Assembly (NCBI GenBank): GCA_030704615.1
Contig: CM060731.1
Span: 59,148,001 to 59,212,000 of the forward strand
Length of the DNA stretch: 64,000 nt
Source: Takakia lepidozioides
Taxonomy: Eukaryota; Plantae; Bryophyta
Reading direction: 5' to 3'
The position numbers and the translations under genes were made by a program. A model generated the notes under the pieces. That model searched no databases. It was given only the letters and a program-made list of their open reading frames with translations, and was not told where the DNA came from. Positions within the stretch are counted from its first letter, which is position 1, and the number at the start of each line of letters is the position of its first letter. Of the stretch, positions 26,557 to 38,052 are shown piece by piece.

Positions 26557-29500
26557 GTGGTATCATCGACCGCTCCAACTCATCGCATGTTTGAATCGCC
26601 CAACTTGGGGCAAGAGGACAAACTTCAACCTTTTGTTGGTGGGCGGGAGGACCTGCAGCGAGGGTACGACAGAATAGGCATTGGGGAGGTTGGTGCAGGC
26701 GGCATGGCAGATGAAGGGCGTGAGGACGTGAGGACAGCAGATCTGGCAATGGAGGTTGTTGATGCACATGCAGTAGGGCCCGCCCATGCAAAAAAGAAGA
26801 AGAAAGCTAAGCACATGCAATCCCCGGCGAGAGAGCCGTCACGGGCTGCGGAGGGGGGAGTGACCAGTGCGCGCGAGGGTGTTCCTTCTCCTCAATCAAA
26901 GGTGGTCGTCCTGGAGGGCTCCCCTGCTGCTAGCCCTAGTAAGAAACAGAAAGCCCGTGAGAGGGCAAAAGAGAGGGCAAAAGAACAGGCGAGACAGAAG
27001 GCTAGCCAGGAGGAAAGAGAAAAGGCCACTGAAGAGGCCAGGGGTGCCCAAATGACAGATGCCCATGTAAGCGAGGGACGCACAAAGACGGTGGATCCCT
27101 CCAAGATACCACAAAGAGGCAGTAACACACCGGTTACACCATCGCGGACAAGAGCAGCCCCCGCAATTACCCATACGGTGGAGAGTGGAGGAGAGGAAAG
27201 AACACCACAAAGAGCACGGATGATGGTAGTAGAGACAGGGAGAGTGCTCGAGGTGGTTTCGCCGGTGGTTCACCATGTTGAGGAGGACGACACCGAGCTT
27301 TCTGACCAGGATGACATCCTCCCGGACATCCCCAGGCCCCAAACCCGCAGCATACAAGCTGGATTTGGCGGTCCTGGTGGGCTGCCGGAGAACCCCTCTG
27401 CAGCAGACGTCATGTCCGAGGGGGATATGAAGTTGGCCGCTGCCAAGATGTTGGAGGCAACCCATAGCAACATTGGCAGGGTGCTGGGGGGCATGGTGTA
27501 CCCGGCCAAGCTTCGAATTCCCCTTTGCCGCTTGGTGTCTTTACAGGTGGTGAGACCTGCCCTCCCAGGCGATATCGACAAGCTGAAATTCTCTTTCCGG
27601 GATGGATATTGAATGGGGTCTGCCGCGTTTTACGTTTCCATTGAGAACAACCACGGAGCTTCCCATGCCCACACTTCCGATGAGGTGGACAAATGGGGTC
27701 CCCATTGGCAAAGGCGAAATGAGGAGTTTGAGAGATCGATTGTTACTGATCCTCTTTTCCAGCACTTGTCCGGAAAGATGTTTTACGTGTGGGACGGCAA
27801 TCATTGCCTCCTGGCATGGATGGAGCACATAGCCAAAGCCCACCCCAACGACCTCGATTGGCATTTCGCCGTGGAGTGTGTTGTGCTGAAGGTTGCGGGG
27901 CCCAAAGATCGCAGTCTTCTCAAAGCTGCAATGGCGGACATCAACTCGTAAGTTACAACGCCTCTTGCTTTTGGACCCATCCGATTGTAAGTCATTTCAT
28001 TGCGAATCCTCATATTTGTTGTAAATTCCCATCTCAGAATTGTTTGATGGAAATGTGGCATTGCAGGGTGACTGAGAATGCCTTCATTGCCACCAACTTG
28101 TCCCATATGCTCTTCCGAGTGAAGGATGTCGGGAAGCAGGGTGTGCAAGAGTTTGCCAATTCGCTCAGTGCCGACCTCCTACGCAAGTCGGAGGCAAAGG
28201 CAGACAGAACCTGGTATAGGCTGAGCATGGACGCCATGGTGGACTACATATTTTGGGTAAAGCTCCTGACTATTTTGTTGAGCTAATCTGTCTCTCCTCC
28301 CCCAATAGAAGAAAAAGTGTTGAGCAGGATCTCTAATCTTATGTGCGCATTCTTGACAGACAAAAATTCAGCAGGATTTGGCACATGCGCGGAGGTTCTA
28401 CATGGAGTCAGAGGAGAAGAATCTAACCCTCCCGGCACTCGAATCGTATCTCAAAGCTGCGGAGGTGAGGGCCCGCATAAAGTACAAGTCGCGGGTGGTA
28501 AAGTACGTGGCCACAGCTGATCCCGCCCTTGGTGCCGACTTTCTGGTGGAGGTGGGGAAGCACTACTCCCGCGCTCTGAAGCCCACGATGACATTGGAGA
28601 AGCTCCATCGTCTAGCCACATCCTGTGTGGATGGTGCAGAAAAGGTGATACATTCTTAACGAAATTGTGGTGGCAACAACTCGTTTTTGTGGTGTTTGGC
28701 GCTTACGAATATGTTGGGTGGTTGGACAGACCCGGTGGCTCCAAATCTGGAATGGTTCCCAAAGTATAAGGGACATGTGGAGCTTCCCCAAACCGGACAA
28801 ACTGTCGGACCCCACATTCGACATGTGGATGAACCGCATGACATGGTGGTTTCAGGTACTTCCCCACGCTTCGTTTGGCGCTTCTACTCTTGTAGGGGGT
28901 GGATTCATTGTATTTTTTCAGCAATGCGATCTGATGGAGAATCTCCACAGGTGACGACGAATGCGCAAGAGCAGCTGGACACACAAGCACATCAGTTCAA
29001 GATGGAGATTTCTCCTGCAGCAGAGAGCCTACGCGACTATGTGACGAGGTACTTTCTGCTCTACAAAACCGACCTATTCTTTCGGGAGATACCACATGCC
29101 CGCCGGAGCCACGAGTTCACCAACCAGCCGAACGCGGACAAAGCAGCAATGCGCCTTCTGTACAGGTACATACGCGATGCCTTCCTTACAGTCCTTGCAT
29201 TTTGCACCGAATTTCCAGATCAGGGTTCTGAAAATGGCTAAGTCCCTAGGGTGGCTGGCCCTAAACTAGAAATTCGGCGCCATTTTTCCAGGTCAAGGCC
29301 ATATGTGACAGCCATTTTCGGGCCGGACCTGGGAAAATGGCGCCGAATTTCCAGTCAGGGCTCCGAAAATGGCTAAGTCCCTAGGGTGGCTGGCCCTGAA
29401 CTGGAAATTCGGCGCCATTTTTCCAGTTCTGGGCCCTATTGCCCTTGTGGGACTTAGCCATTTTCGGGCCGGACCTGGGAAAATGGCGCGTTAATGGCTA

Positions 29501-32263
29501 AGTCCCTAGGGTGGCTGGCCCTGATCTGGAAATTCGGCGTCATTTTTCCAGTTCTGGGCCCTATTGCCCTTGTGGGACTTAGCCATTTTCGGGCCGGACC
29601 TGGGAAAATGGCGCCGAATTTCCAGTCAGGGCTCCGAAAATGGCTAAGTCCCTAGGATGGCTGGCCCTGAACTGGAAATTCGGCGCCATTTTTCCAGTTC
29701 TGGGCCCTATTGCCGTTCTGGGACTTAGCTATCTTCGGGCCAAACCGGGAAAAATGGCGCCGAATTTCCAGTTCAGGGCTCCCAAGATGGCTAAGTCCCT
29801 AGGGTGGCAGTCACCGAAAACCGAAATTCGGCGCCATTTTTCCATTTCTAGGCCCACTCAGATCCGCCCCAACCTGGGAAAATGGTGCCGAATTTGCATT
29901 TCAGGGACCTCATTATGTTTTTCATGAATGCAGGTACTACAAGTTCTCCCTTTTGGAGAAAGGTCATCTGTCTTTCGAGCCACCATTCTTCCTGGCATGG
30001 AGGAACCCTGGGGCTGACTCCATGTACACTGACGATATTGTGAAGGAGTGGCATCTGGAACATTTGCATGATTGCCCTTGGTATGTGGACCTTCCGCCCG
30101 GCATGCTCGACCCATCCGAGTTTCAGTTGAAGCTGGATGCCAAGGCCCGACGAAACCGGGCTCCGCTGCCTCCGCTGGGTGCAAAAGAGGCAAAAGCGCT
30201 TGCGAACTCCAGGAAAGCGGTAGAGCTTGCTCAGGCAGGAATTCAGGAGAAATTGAATGAGAAGAGTAAAGGCCAAAGGAAAAGGACAAGGAAACAGGTG
30301 AGTGCAGTAACACCCAAAAAACAGAAAACCATCGGGGCATCGGAGCAGGCGCAGGAGGGGACCCAAGAGAGTGACTCGGACGACGACTTTGTTCAAGGTC
30401 CTGCAACTGCTGTTGCTGCTACCCAGTCACCGGTCGTCCGGGTTCCCAAGTCAGTTCGGAGTGGGACTGGCTCTGCCAAGAAGTTGGCATTTGAGGGCGA
30501 GCCTACACGGCGGTATTTGGCGGTGACGTTTACGCACAGGCCAAAGCTAGAACCTCCAACCATCATCCAATGCGTCAATGAGAGCTTCCTTGACGCTCTC
30601 GCTGCCAGGGCAAAGAAGGTGGCACACAGCAAGTCTCTGGCAGAGCAGAAGGGGAAAGCCAAGAAGAGGGCTGCCGGTACAGAGCCTAAAGACACCCCTG
30701 GTTTTGAAGCCATGATGGAATTCTTCACGGCTGTGAGCACGGATTGCAAGAGCACTCGGGGGGGGTTTGAGGTGGAGAGAGCTTGCGACATGCCAGATGG
30801 GGAGCTGCTGGAGGGCCTGGATGGTGTACCCACCTGGAATAGGTTTACTGAGGACTACTGGAAAGCCGGGTTTGGGCTGGCGGGGATGCTTTTGGATGAC
30901 GGTGGATGTGTGGTTGTCCTTGCCACAAGAGGGAAGACCACAGAGAATGCAGTGGCAAGGTGGACACCGAAAAGTGTCACCCCGGTCCTCCTCAGAAAAT
31001 GGTTCTGCATCAATACATAGGGGTTGCGAATAGAGGGCCAAAGTGTAAGTTATCAATCTATTGCATTCACCTTATATTGTGGTGTATCTAAACAAGATCC
31101 CGGAGTTGATCCCTATTTTGTTGGATGTGCAGACATTGGTATTTGAGGCATATTGCTTTGTGAAGAGAGGGTCTACGTTCAAATTCCGCAACGACGGTCG
31201 TCTTGTTGATGCCGCTGTGGACCCTGTTACCTACGATGTCCTCTACAACTATGTGCCCCACTCCAGTATGCCGAAGGACACAAAGACAGGCAAACCGTGG
31301 CAGTACAGCCGGACCCGGAGCCCTGCTTTCATCCAAACCCTCATGGAGACGTGCTCGGATGTCCAAGGGCGGATTCTGGACTTCACATGCGGCACGGGTA
31401 AGCCCTCACGTGCTCAGTTTGTCCCCTGGCCCGATTGCAATTGCATGCCGCAAGCTATTAACCGCCCGCTTTGTTCCTCAGGTGCTTCAATGTGGGCAGG
31501 GACGTTGTCCGACAGGCATGTGTTCACCTTCAAGCCAGATACTGCCCTCCACAACTCGGAACTTGCAGTGGCTGAACGTCTGCTGAAAGAGGAAGAGGCA
31601 TCCTCGGAGGATGAGGAAAAATCCGAGAAGGAGCAGGGGGAGGAACAAGTTGGGATCGAGGCCGAGGAACCCCCGGTGTACGAGTGAGTGGTCGCATTGT
31701 AAGTTGCCTCCAGATTTCGTGAGGCACCTCCCTTCGCTCTCTTATTTCATTGAAAACCCTTTCTGCTTTTGCTGGTATTGACATTCTTGAAGTGGATTTG
31801 TTCTTACTGTAGGATGCCAAGTACGGCAGGAAGGACATCTACACCGGAGTTCATGGGCAGGAGGAACGTGCCTTTTTTTGCCAGGGGGGATTTCATGCCT
31901 AGTCTAGAAATGGACTACATCCTTCCTACTTATGCTGCCCGGCTTGCTTCGGTGTCCATTAGGAGGTGTTCCGAACCTAGTCGTGTACAGCAGATTTTAG
32001 ACGAAGCAAGCCTCAAGAAAATGAAGATGAGGGAGGAGGCAGCAGCTATTAGAGCCCGTCAGGCTCTTAGATTCGTGTTGGATTCTGTTGAGGAAAGTGG
32101 GGGAGAAGAGGCAGAAGATTCCCAGGAGGTGAGGTGGACAGTCCCCCAAGGAGAGGACGGCATTTTTGAGAGGCATACTGCAACCGATGCATTACAGAGC
32201 TCGGAGGATGGGGGGGATGAGGAAGAAGGAGGGCCAAGTTCCTCGGAAGGTGTAGGAGAGTAG
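26557..32263 (+). pseudogene. ParB/Srx-like + beta-class N6A/N4C DNA methyltransferase-like fusion gene (9 exons, two premature stops)
   Basis: GT-AG introns 27948-28066, 28257-28359, 28645-28729, 28856-28950, 29166-29933, 31045-31132, 31398-31481, 31684-31812 give one continuous frame. ParB-like LRIPLCRLVSLQVVRP...VWDGNHCLLAW; motif IV-like ACDMPDG...WN..EDYW...LLDDGGCVVV; motifs X/I/II-like RSPAFIQTLMETCSDVQGRILDFTCGTGASMWAGTLSDRHVFTF. Stops TGA 27610 and TAG 31018. Start codon uncertain. Confidence 0.8.
29200..29900. repeat. Intronic ~130-bp tandem array with paired inverted AAATTCGGCGCCATTTTTCC sites
   Basis: About 5 units beginning AAATGGCTAAGTCCCTAGGGTGGC, filling intron 5 of the cargo gene. 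Confidence 0.92.
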
Positions 32264-32473
32264 TTCCCATTCCTGCTATGACAGTTAGGACACACTTGTA
32301 TAGACGTGGCTTGCCACCAAATTTGCAATAAAATGTTGCATTTCATTGCTATGATGAGTCCACATGACCCTATTTCCGTGCCTCCTAACCCTATTTCCGT
32401 GGACACAATTCGGCCCGCTCATGCTTTTTTTTTTCCCGCTCATGCTCATGCCGCTCATGAAATAGCAGCCCCC

Positions 32474-32670
32474 ACTAGAAAGGACTCACACTCGGACTGA
32501 TTAGTACATGTACTACTTGACATGTGACTAGAAAGGACTAGGTCTAGGACTACTAGGACTAATTAGTACATGTACAATTTGACATGTGATGAGAAAGGGC
32601 TATGACTAGGACTAGGTCTAGGACTGGTTAGCATGTACTTATTGTACTGTCACCAGGAAAGACTAGTAGT
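32474..32670. repeat. Intronic GACTAG satellite, right part
   Basis: Continuation of 18830-19229. Confidence 0.85.
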
Positions 32671-35146
32671 AGGTTTTATTAGTGCATGCACTAAATGGGA
32701 TTCTCTTTGTGCATGTTGTGGTGGTAATGCAGACTGCTTTCTTTCTTCGCTTCAAATCAGCCCATCCCAATGTCAAAGTGGGTCAACGATTGTTTGAGTT
32801 GTTGAGGCCCTTCTTTGTCAAACGCCTGAAGGATCGTAATGTTTGTTGCTGCAAATATCATGTGGAGATGGCGGAGTTGAAGGATGGGTTCAACAACATG
32901 CGGACTGCCGAGAGGGGTGTCCACTCTCCATCATCATGTACTTGTGACTGTAATATTTGTCGACGTGGACCAGTATTAGATGGTGAAGCTGGTTGTCAAG
33001 CGAACAAGCACCCCTACAAAGGAGTAACTCGGCTTTGGCAAGAAATTGTTTGTCCCAAGGGGGGATTGGATGAATGGCACCGGCGAGACTGTCTCATGGG
33101 AAAGTGCTTGAGGTCTGGCTCAAGTAAGTTATCTATTTGTACCGTGGAGGCAAATGGTTGTGATTTGACAGTGCAGTGGAGATGCTATGCAAAAGAGAAT
33201 GTTGGAGAGAAAGATGGAGCCCCTAGAATGAGACTGAAACTCCAATACCAAACGACTTCCTCTGTTGAATTCTTGTCGTACTTCAAACCCAAGCTACAGG
33301 CTTTTGTTTGTCATAACTATGTAGCCCGATGGCAAGATGCTCAGTTTAAAGCCAGTTTGAAATCTTTGCCAGAGAATACAATATTGTCTGTTGTTGACTT
33401 TGCTGAAAACTACACTTTTTCAGTTCAGAACGAAGTGCAAGAGATGCACTGGCACAGTTTCTAGATCACTATATTGGTGCACATTACCTACTGGTGGAAT
33501 CCATACCCTGATGTGAACGATCCCGATTCCAAGGTTTTGAAAGAAATGCACTTTTACATTTCTGATGACAACAAGCATGACACGCTGTTCGTACAGCATT
33601 GCTTCTGGTTTCATTGGAATTACCTTGCTGAAGCAGGGTTCAGACCTGAATTGCATTGGGTATGGAGTGACGGTTGCGCTGCTCAGTTTAAAGGTGCTCG
33701 TCCTTGGTATTTTGTTAGTAGGTACCCCCACATCACAGGGGGTTGCACCATGTGGTGGAACTTTTTTGGATCAGGGCACGAGAAAGGTGAGCACGATGGG
33801 GCTGGTGCTGTGATCAAGAGGGCTTTACGAGCAGAGCAGTTAAACTCAAATGGTGTGAAGCTGCAAAATGCTGCTAAGGCAGTAGCTTTTTTGTGTGAGA
33901 ATCTGTCCACCCGACCTCCTTCTTCGTACTCTAAGATTAGAACAGCAGTGAAAAGACATTTTTGGCTTGTTGGTACAGAAGATGTTGACCGCACACAAGA
34001 GTGGGATTGCAAGACCATACCTGGAACTTGGTCTTTACATTCCATTCTTGGGAGGAACAAGTCAGACCCAACCACACCCTCCTTTTGGATAAGAAAGTGG
34101 AGAAAATCATAGCTGTAAAAATAAGGCACATGATCCTCAACATGCCGAAGCCGGGCACCATTCTAGTCTGAGTTGCTCATAGCCTTCCAAACACAGCAGA
34201 ACAATTAAGTGGAACAGCAGCAGACCTGCTATGTTGATGCTCCAGACGCTGTGAAAGAGGCAGAGTGGCCTTTAGGCCAACAAACTAGTCATGAACTTGA
34301 GATGGACCAGGAAGCACAACCCGGGCCTATGTCACAGCATGGTCACAATAGCCTCTGCTTTAGAATGGACCATAGTAGTCTCAAGAAGAGTGATGGAAGT
34401 GAACTATTTCCAGGGATATACTCCAGTTTGGTGGAAAATAGAGCACTTGGCAAACCACAAGGGCAAATCCGACTCACATCACTTGGCTGGGCACCTAATG
34501 GTAACAACTAACACATCCTCTGCCAGTTTTAAACTGCTCAACATTGACATATCGTGGCACCAACCTCTACCCCATCGATGAAAGACTAGCCTTTGCTTGG
34601 ATGCATCCCAAAGTGGCCATGGCATAAATGAACTGGTACTGATGAAGAGACGAGACATGTCCCCACAATGACAGCAGCGAGTGGTAACGTCCTCATAGGG
34701 GCGGTTTGCTAATCACATGCCCTGCATTGCCACCCACAATGCTCAAGATCTTCCTAAACTTCTGTCTCATTATTCAACACTAGACGTATACCAGACGTAT
34801 GTCCTATATATCATGCATAGAGGAGTTAAATTACATCAGAAACTTGAGAATGAATTGGCAAAATAACAACCAAGAGTTACAAAAGCAAAGTGATAAAAGC
34901 ATAAGTGTATATTACTCAGCTTGTACCTAGTTGATATGTTTTCTTTTCTTCTTCTTAGGGCCTGCACCAGAAGAACCTGCATCCATCTTCAAGTTAGGTG
35001 GGGTCTTGACAGTATTAAGGGACTTCACAACAGGCCCCCGAGTGGTCAAGTTGGGAGGAGTCTTCACGGTGTTCAGTGACTTCACAACACTGTCCCGTGG
35101 GATTGAGTTACTCTTATCATGGTGGCTCAGATCGTTGTCCTCATTC

Positions 35147-36030
35147 CACTACAAGAGATGAGGGTTTTTAGGACTACGGCTTTGGCGGAGTCATAAAAAC
35201 TGCACTAGGTAGATGACTACAGAGCGTTGAAATGCGTTGCAGTCATAGTTTTATCACTACATGACGCCGGATATCACTACATGACTCCGGAAAGTTAGGA
35301 AGCTTTGGTCAAACATTGTTGACCACAATGACAGGGATGGTTTATATGACTAGTGTGATATGTTTGACTACACGTGGACGACGTTTCATGGAATGTTATG
35401 ACTCCATGACTGGAGATGGTTTCACAGCTCTAATTATACGACTACATCGCTACACGTGTCATTTCGAAGGCAAATACACGAATGTATTCATCCATTGGAC
35501 GAGTTCATCCACAGCATGACATGGCATGTAAACTTATGACTGTCTGACTGTAGATTGATTCATGACTCTATATATATGACTGACTTTATTAGTACACGTG
35601 TCATTTTGAAGACATATACATGAATGGATCCATCCATTGGATGAGCTCATCCATCCATGTTTGCCGAAATCCTATCAGCTTAGTACATGTGTTAGTTTCC
35701 TATTGGTTTGATACAGCTCAAGCATTTTGTAGTTACCGTAGAGCACTAAGTCGCATTCTTCATTGAGTCTGTAAAGTGAGAGTCTGCAGAGGATGCCATT
35801 TGGAATGTGGAGTTTGCAGAGAGGGAATGTGCGACAGTATGACTGAACGACAGGTCGTGTCTTCAAATGCGATGATTGTAGGATAACATGGTGATCATAT
35901 CATAGGCGAGAACTGCATCTACTTGAAGAAATTTGGAACGTTACCTTCATGGACATGTATGGAAGCATCGACGATGCGAATTCGAAGGGAGAGTTTGATA
36001 AGATTTACAAAGGTTATCTAGTGTCAGATT
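35147..36030 (+). mobile_element. CACTA terminus, ATGACT subterminal repeats and a degenerate transposase-associated-domain relic
   Basis: CACTACAAGAGATG at 35147; many ATGACT copies; FKCDDC-like relic near 35860 resembling 3045-3263. Confidence 0.6.
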
Positions 36031-36819
36031 GGTAAGTTATAATCAAAACGTTTAAATATTTGCTGCAAAGTCTACATCTCTTCCATTAGCAGTTATAAAC
36101 AATCACCATCATGAAGCTACAGGCACGATGTGAAATCCCAATCGGAACCTATATCTTCCTCCCCCTTTTTGTCCTTATTTTGCTGTCAAACCCTTCATTC
36201 TATGTGGAAGGTTCCAAAGGGAACTTCACATTTCCCCTCATGATCTTGATTTTGGGAATTCTTTTCGAATGCAATGCTGTTAGGATATGGGTAGCATTGT
36301 CATCATCACAGGTTGGCCGGTCAAATAATGGAAGATATTACAAAGGAAAGGTTGAAGCTGGCCACCAGTATATGTGTTCTCTCTGCGAATTGCCAAACTG
36401 GCTTCATCAAGAATGTGCAGGGTCGCAATGTCCTCACTAACTTTTAGGTTACTCTCATTTTAAGTGGGTGCAGTGTTGCTTCTAGTATGGGGCTCTTATC
36501 ACTCAATACATCATAGCAAAATTGAAGTGCTTATTCTCAGGTAAATCTGTGTCTTTTGGCATTCTAAAGTGAGCTTTTTTTGTTGTCAGGGTTAAAGGCC
36601 GTGTTGTAAATTGACTTGGGATTGGTCCAGGGAATAAATTTCACCACAGACAAGTTGATGGAGGCTGGTGCGGAAATGGTAGAGTCTGATAGAGTCACAT
36701 GTGGATGTGAAAACAACAGACAATTACATTGCAGATTTTCTGCATTGGCTTCACAAAGAAGCGACCCAACCACATTAAGCGCACTTGCTACGCACAATTT
36801 CAAAAATGTTAGACGATTT

Positions 36820-38052
36820 CTAGGACGTGGAAGGGGAGGAGGAAGTCCAGGAAATTCGTACGATGCAGGGGCGCCCGAAGCCGCTTCCTCCAATGCCTGT
36901 CTTCGAGTGAGTTGCACCATAGTAAGTGTATTGGTTTCGGTTGTAGGGACCATGCAACCTGCCGATGATTCCTTGTTTGAATGCTCTAATGTGCTTCATT
37001 CTATGTTTGTGCGTACACTCAGCCTTGCAGAGTCGCCCGACGAGGAAATGCTGGGAGACTTGCCCGAATCGGACCCTGTTGCAGAGGAGACAGAATCGCA
37101 TCGGCCATTCTTTGCCAGAAAATCGTTTCTCGCGAGTCCCCAGAAGCCCTTTTTTCTTCCAGCCTATGCAGACACGGCTGCCAGAGAAGCCATCAGGAGG
37201 GAGGATAGGCCTACTTGGTTGAGCAATTGATATTCGGGAATGAGCACAGAATTATAATGAGGCGTGAGGCCAAACATAGAATTGTGAAAGGCAGAGTAGG
37301 CAAGTTCGTCATAGAATCCGCGTCCGAGAGCGAGGGGGATGATGAGGACAGTTCCGCACCCAAGTGGACAGTTCGGGCTGGTGAGGATGGTATTTTTGAG
37401 GGGAGGGCTTCTCAGAGTAACAGCGGTAGCGGCAGTGCAGGTTCGGAGGCAGGTGGAAGGCAGCCATCCTTGCATGAGGCCGGGGATGCATGGGATAGTG
37501 ATCGCGGATCCTCACCATAGCAAAGTCTCATTTGGATCCTTTTGTTGTACAGTTCTGAAACACTTAATGAAAATATTGACGATTTCAAAAATCATTGTGT
37601 TCAGACTGCATGTCCGATTCCCTACATTTCTTCCGGCAACCTAAATATATAATAAAAGCAGAAGAGACGCAAACTTAAGTAAAGAACCCTACAAGTAAAT
37701 TATGCACACCAGCGAGCCGGGAACTTGAAGCCATGAAAACCCTGCCGTTTCTAACATTCCTATTGGGAATTTCTACGCCAAAATAGCCCAGTGTGCGCCT
37801 TCATAATATGGGCCTTATAAAATTCCACGAAGGAATTACTGCACCAAAAATATCACGATGGAAGCCTTCAGCACAAGGCACTTCAGCACATTCCACTAGG
37901 GTATTTCGGCGCCGAAATAGCCCGCTCTGCGCCATAAAATACCGCTGTATATCACATTTGAAGAGGAGATTTTGGCACCGAAATACCCCGGTGGATGTCT
38001 TCAAAACACCACTTTAGCACACTGCTCTTGGGAATTTTGGCGCCGAAATACC
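36820..38052 (+). mobile_element. Family-B MULE tail (last cargo exon plus subterminal DNA), inverted copy of ~42995-44200
   Basis: ORFs 36616-37230 and 37215-37520 are nearly identical to 43525-44133; truncated at the GGCGCCGAAATACC site. Confidence 0.9.

Larger units (their letters stand above)
19230..32473. mobile_element. Complete Mutator-like element A (13,244 bp)
   Basis: Imperfect short TIRs GAGGTTAGCTATTTCATGAGC / GGGGGCTGCTATTTCATGAGC (reverse complement); direct repeat ACTAGAAAG at 19221-19229 and 32474-32482 (9-bp TSD, +/-1 ambiguity); MULE transposase on -, cargo gene on +. Confidence 0.93.
18486..34075 (+). pseudogene. Sola2-like DNA transposase (5'- and 3'-truncated), split by intron 18538-32732
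   Basis: Spliced read RKVYDTQPAHYLLETQ|TAFFLRFKSAHP..LRPFFV; motifs CCCKYH, VDFAENY..QNEVQEMHW, ISDD..HD, WSDGCAAQFK, FFGSGHEKGEHDGAGAVIKR; in-frame TAG at 33462-33464. Superfamily assignment is from motif recall. Confidence 0.7.

Noticed and set aside
26557-32263. Bacterial or phage contamination explaining the ParB-MTase gene
   Set aside because: Eight spliceosomal introns, enclosure in a TSD-bounded MULE and nesting among plant transposons.
34110-35140. Short ORFs after the Sola-like break (also 36030-36800 and 38060-39130)
   Set aside because: No recognisable domains; probably decayed TE fragments and would need BLASTx.
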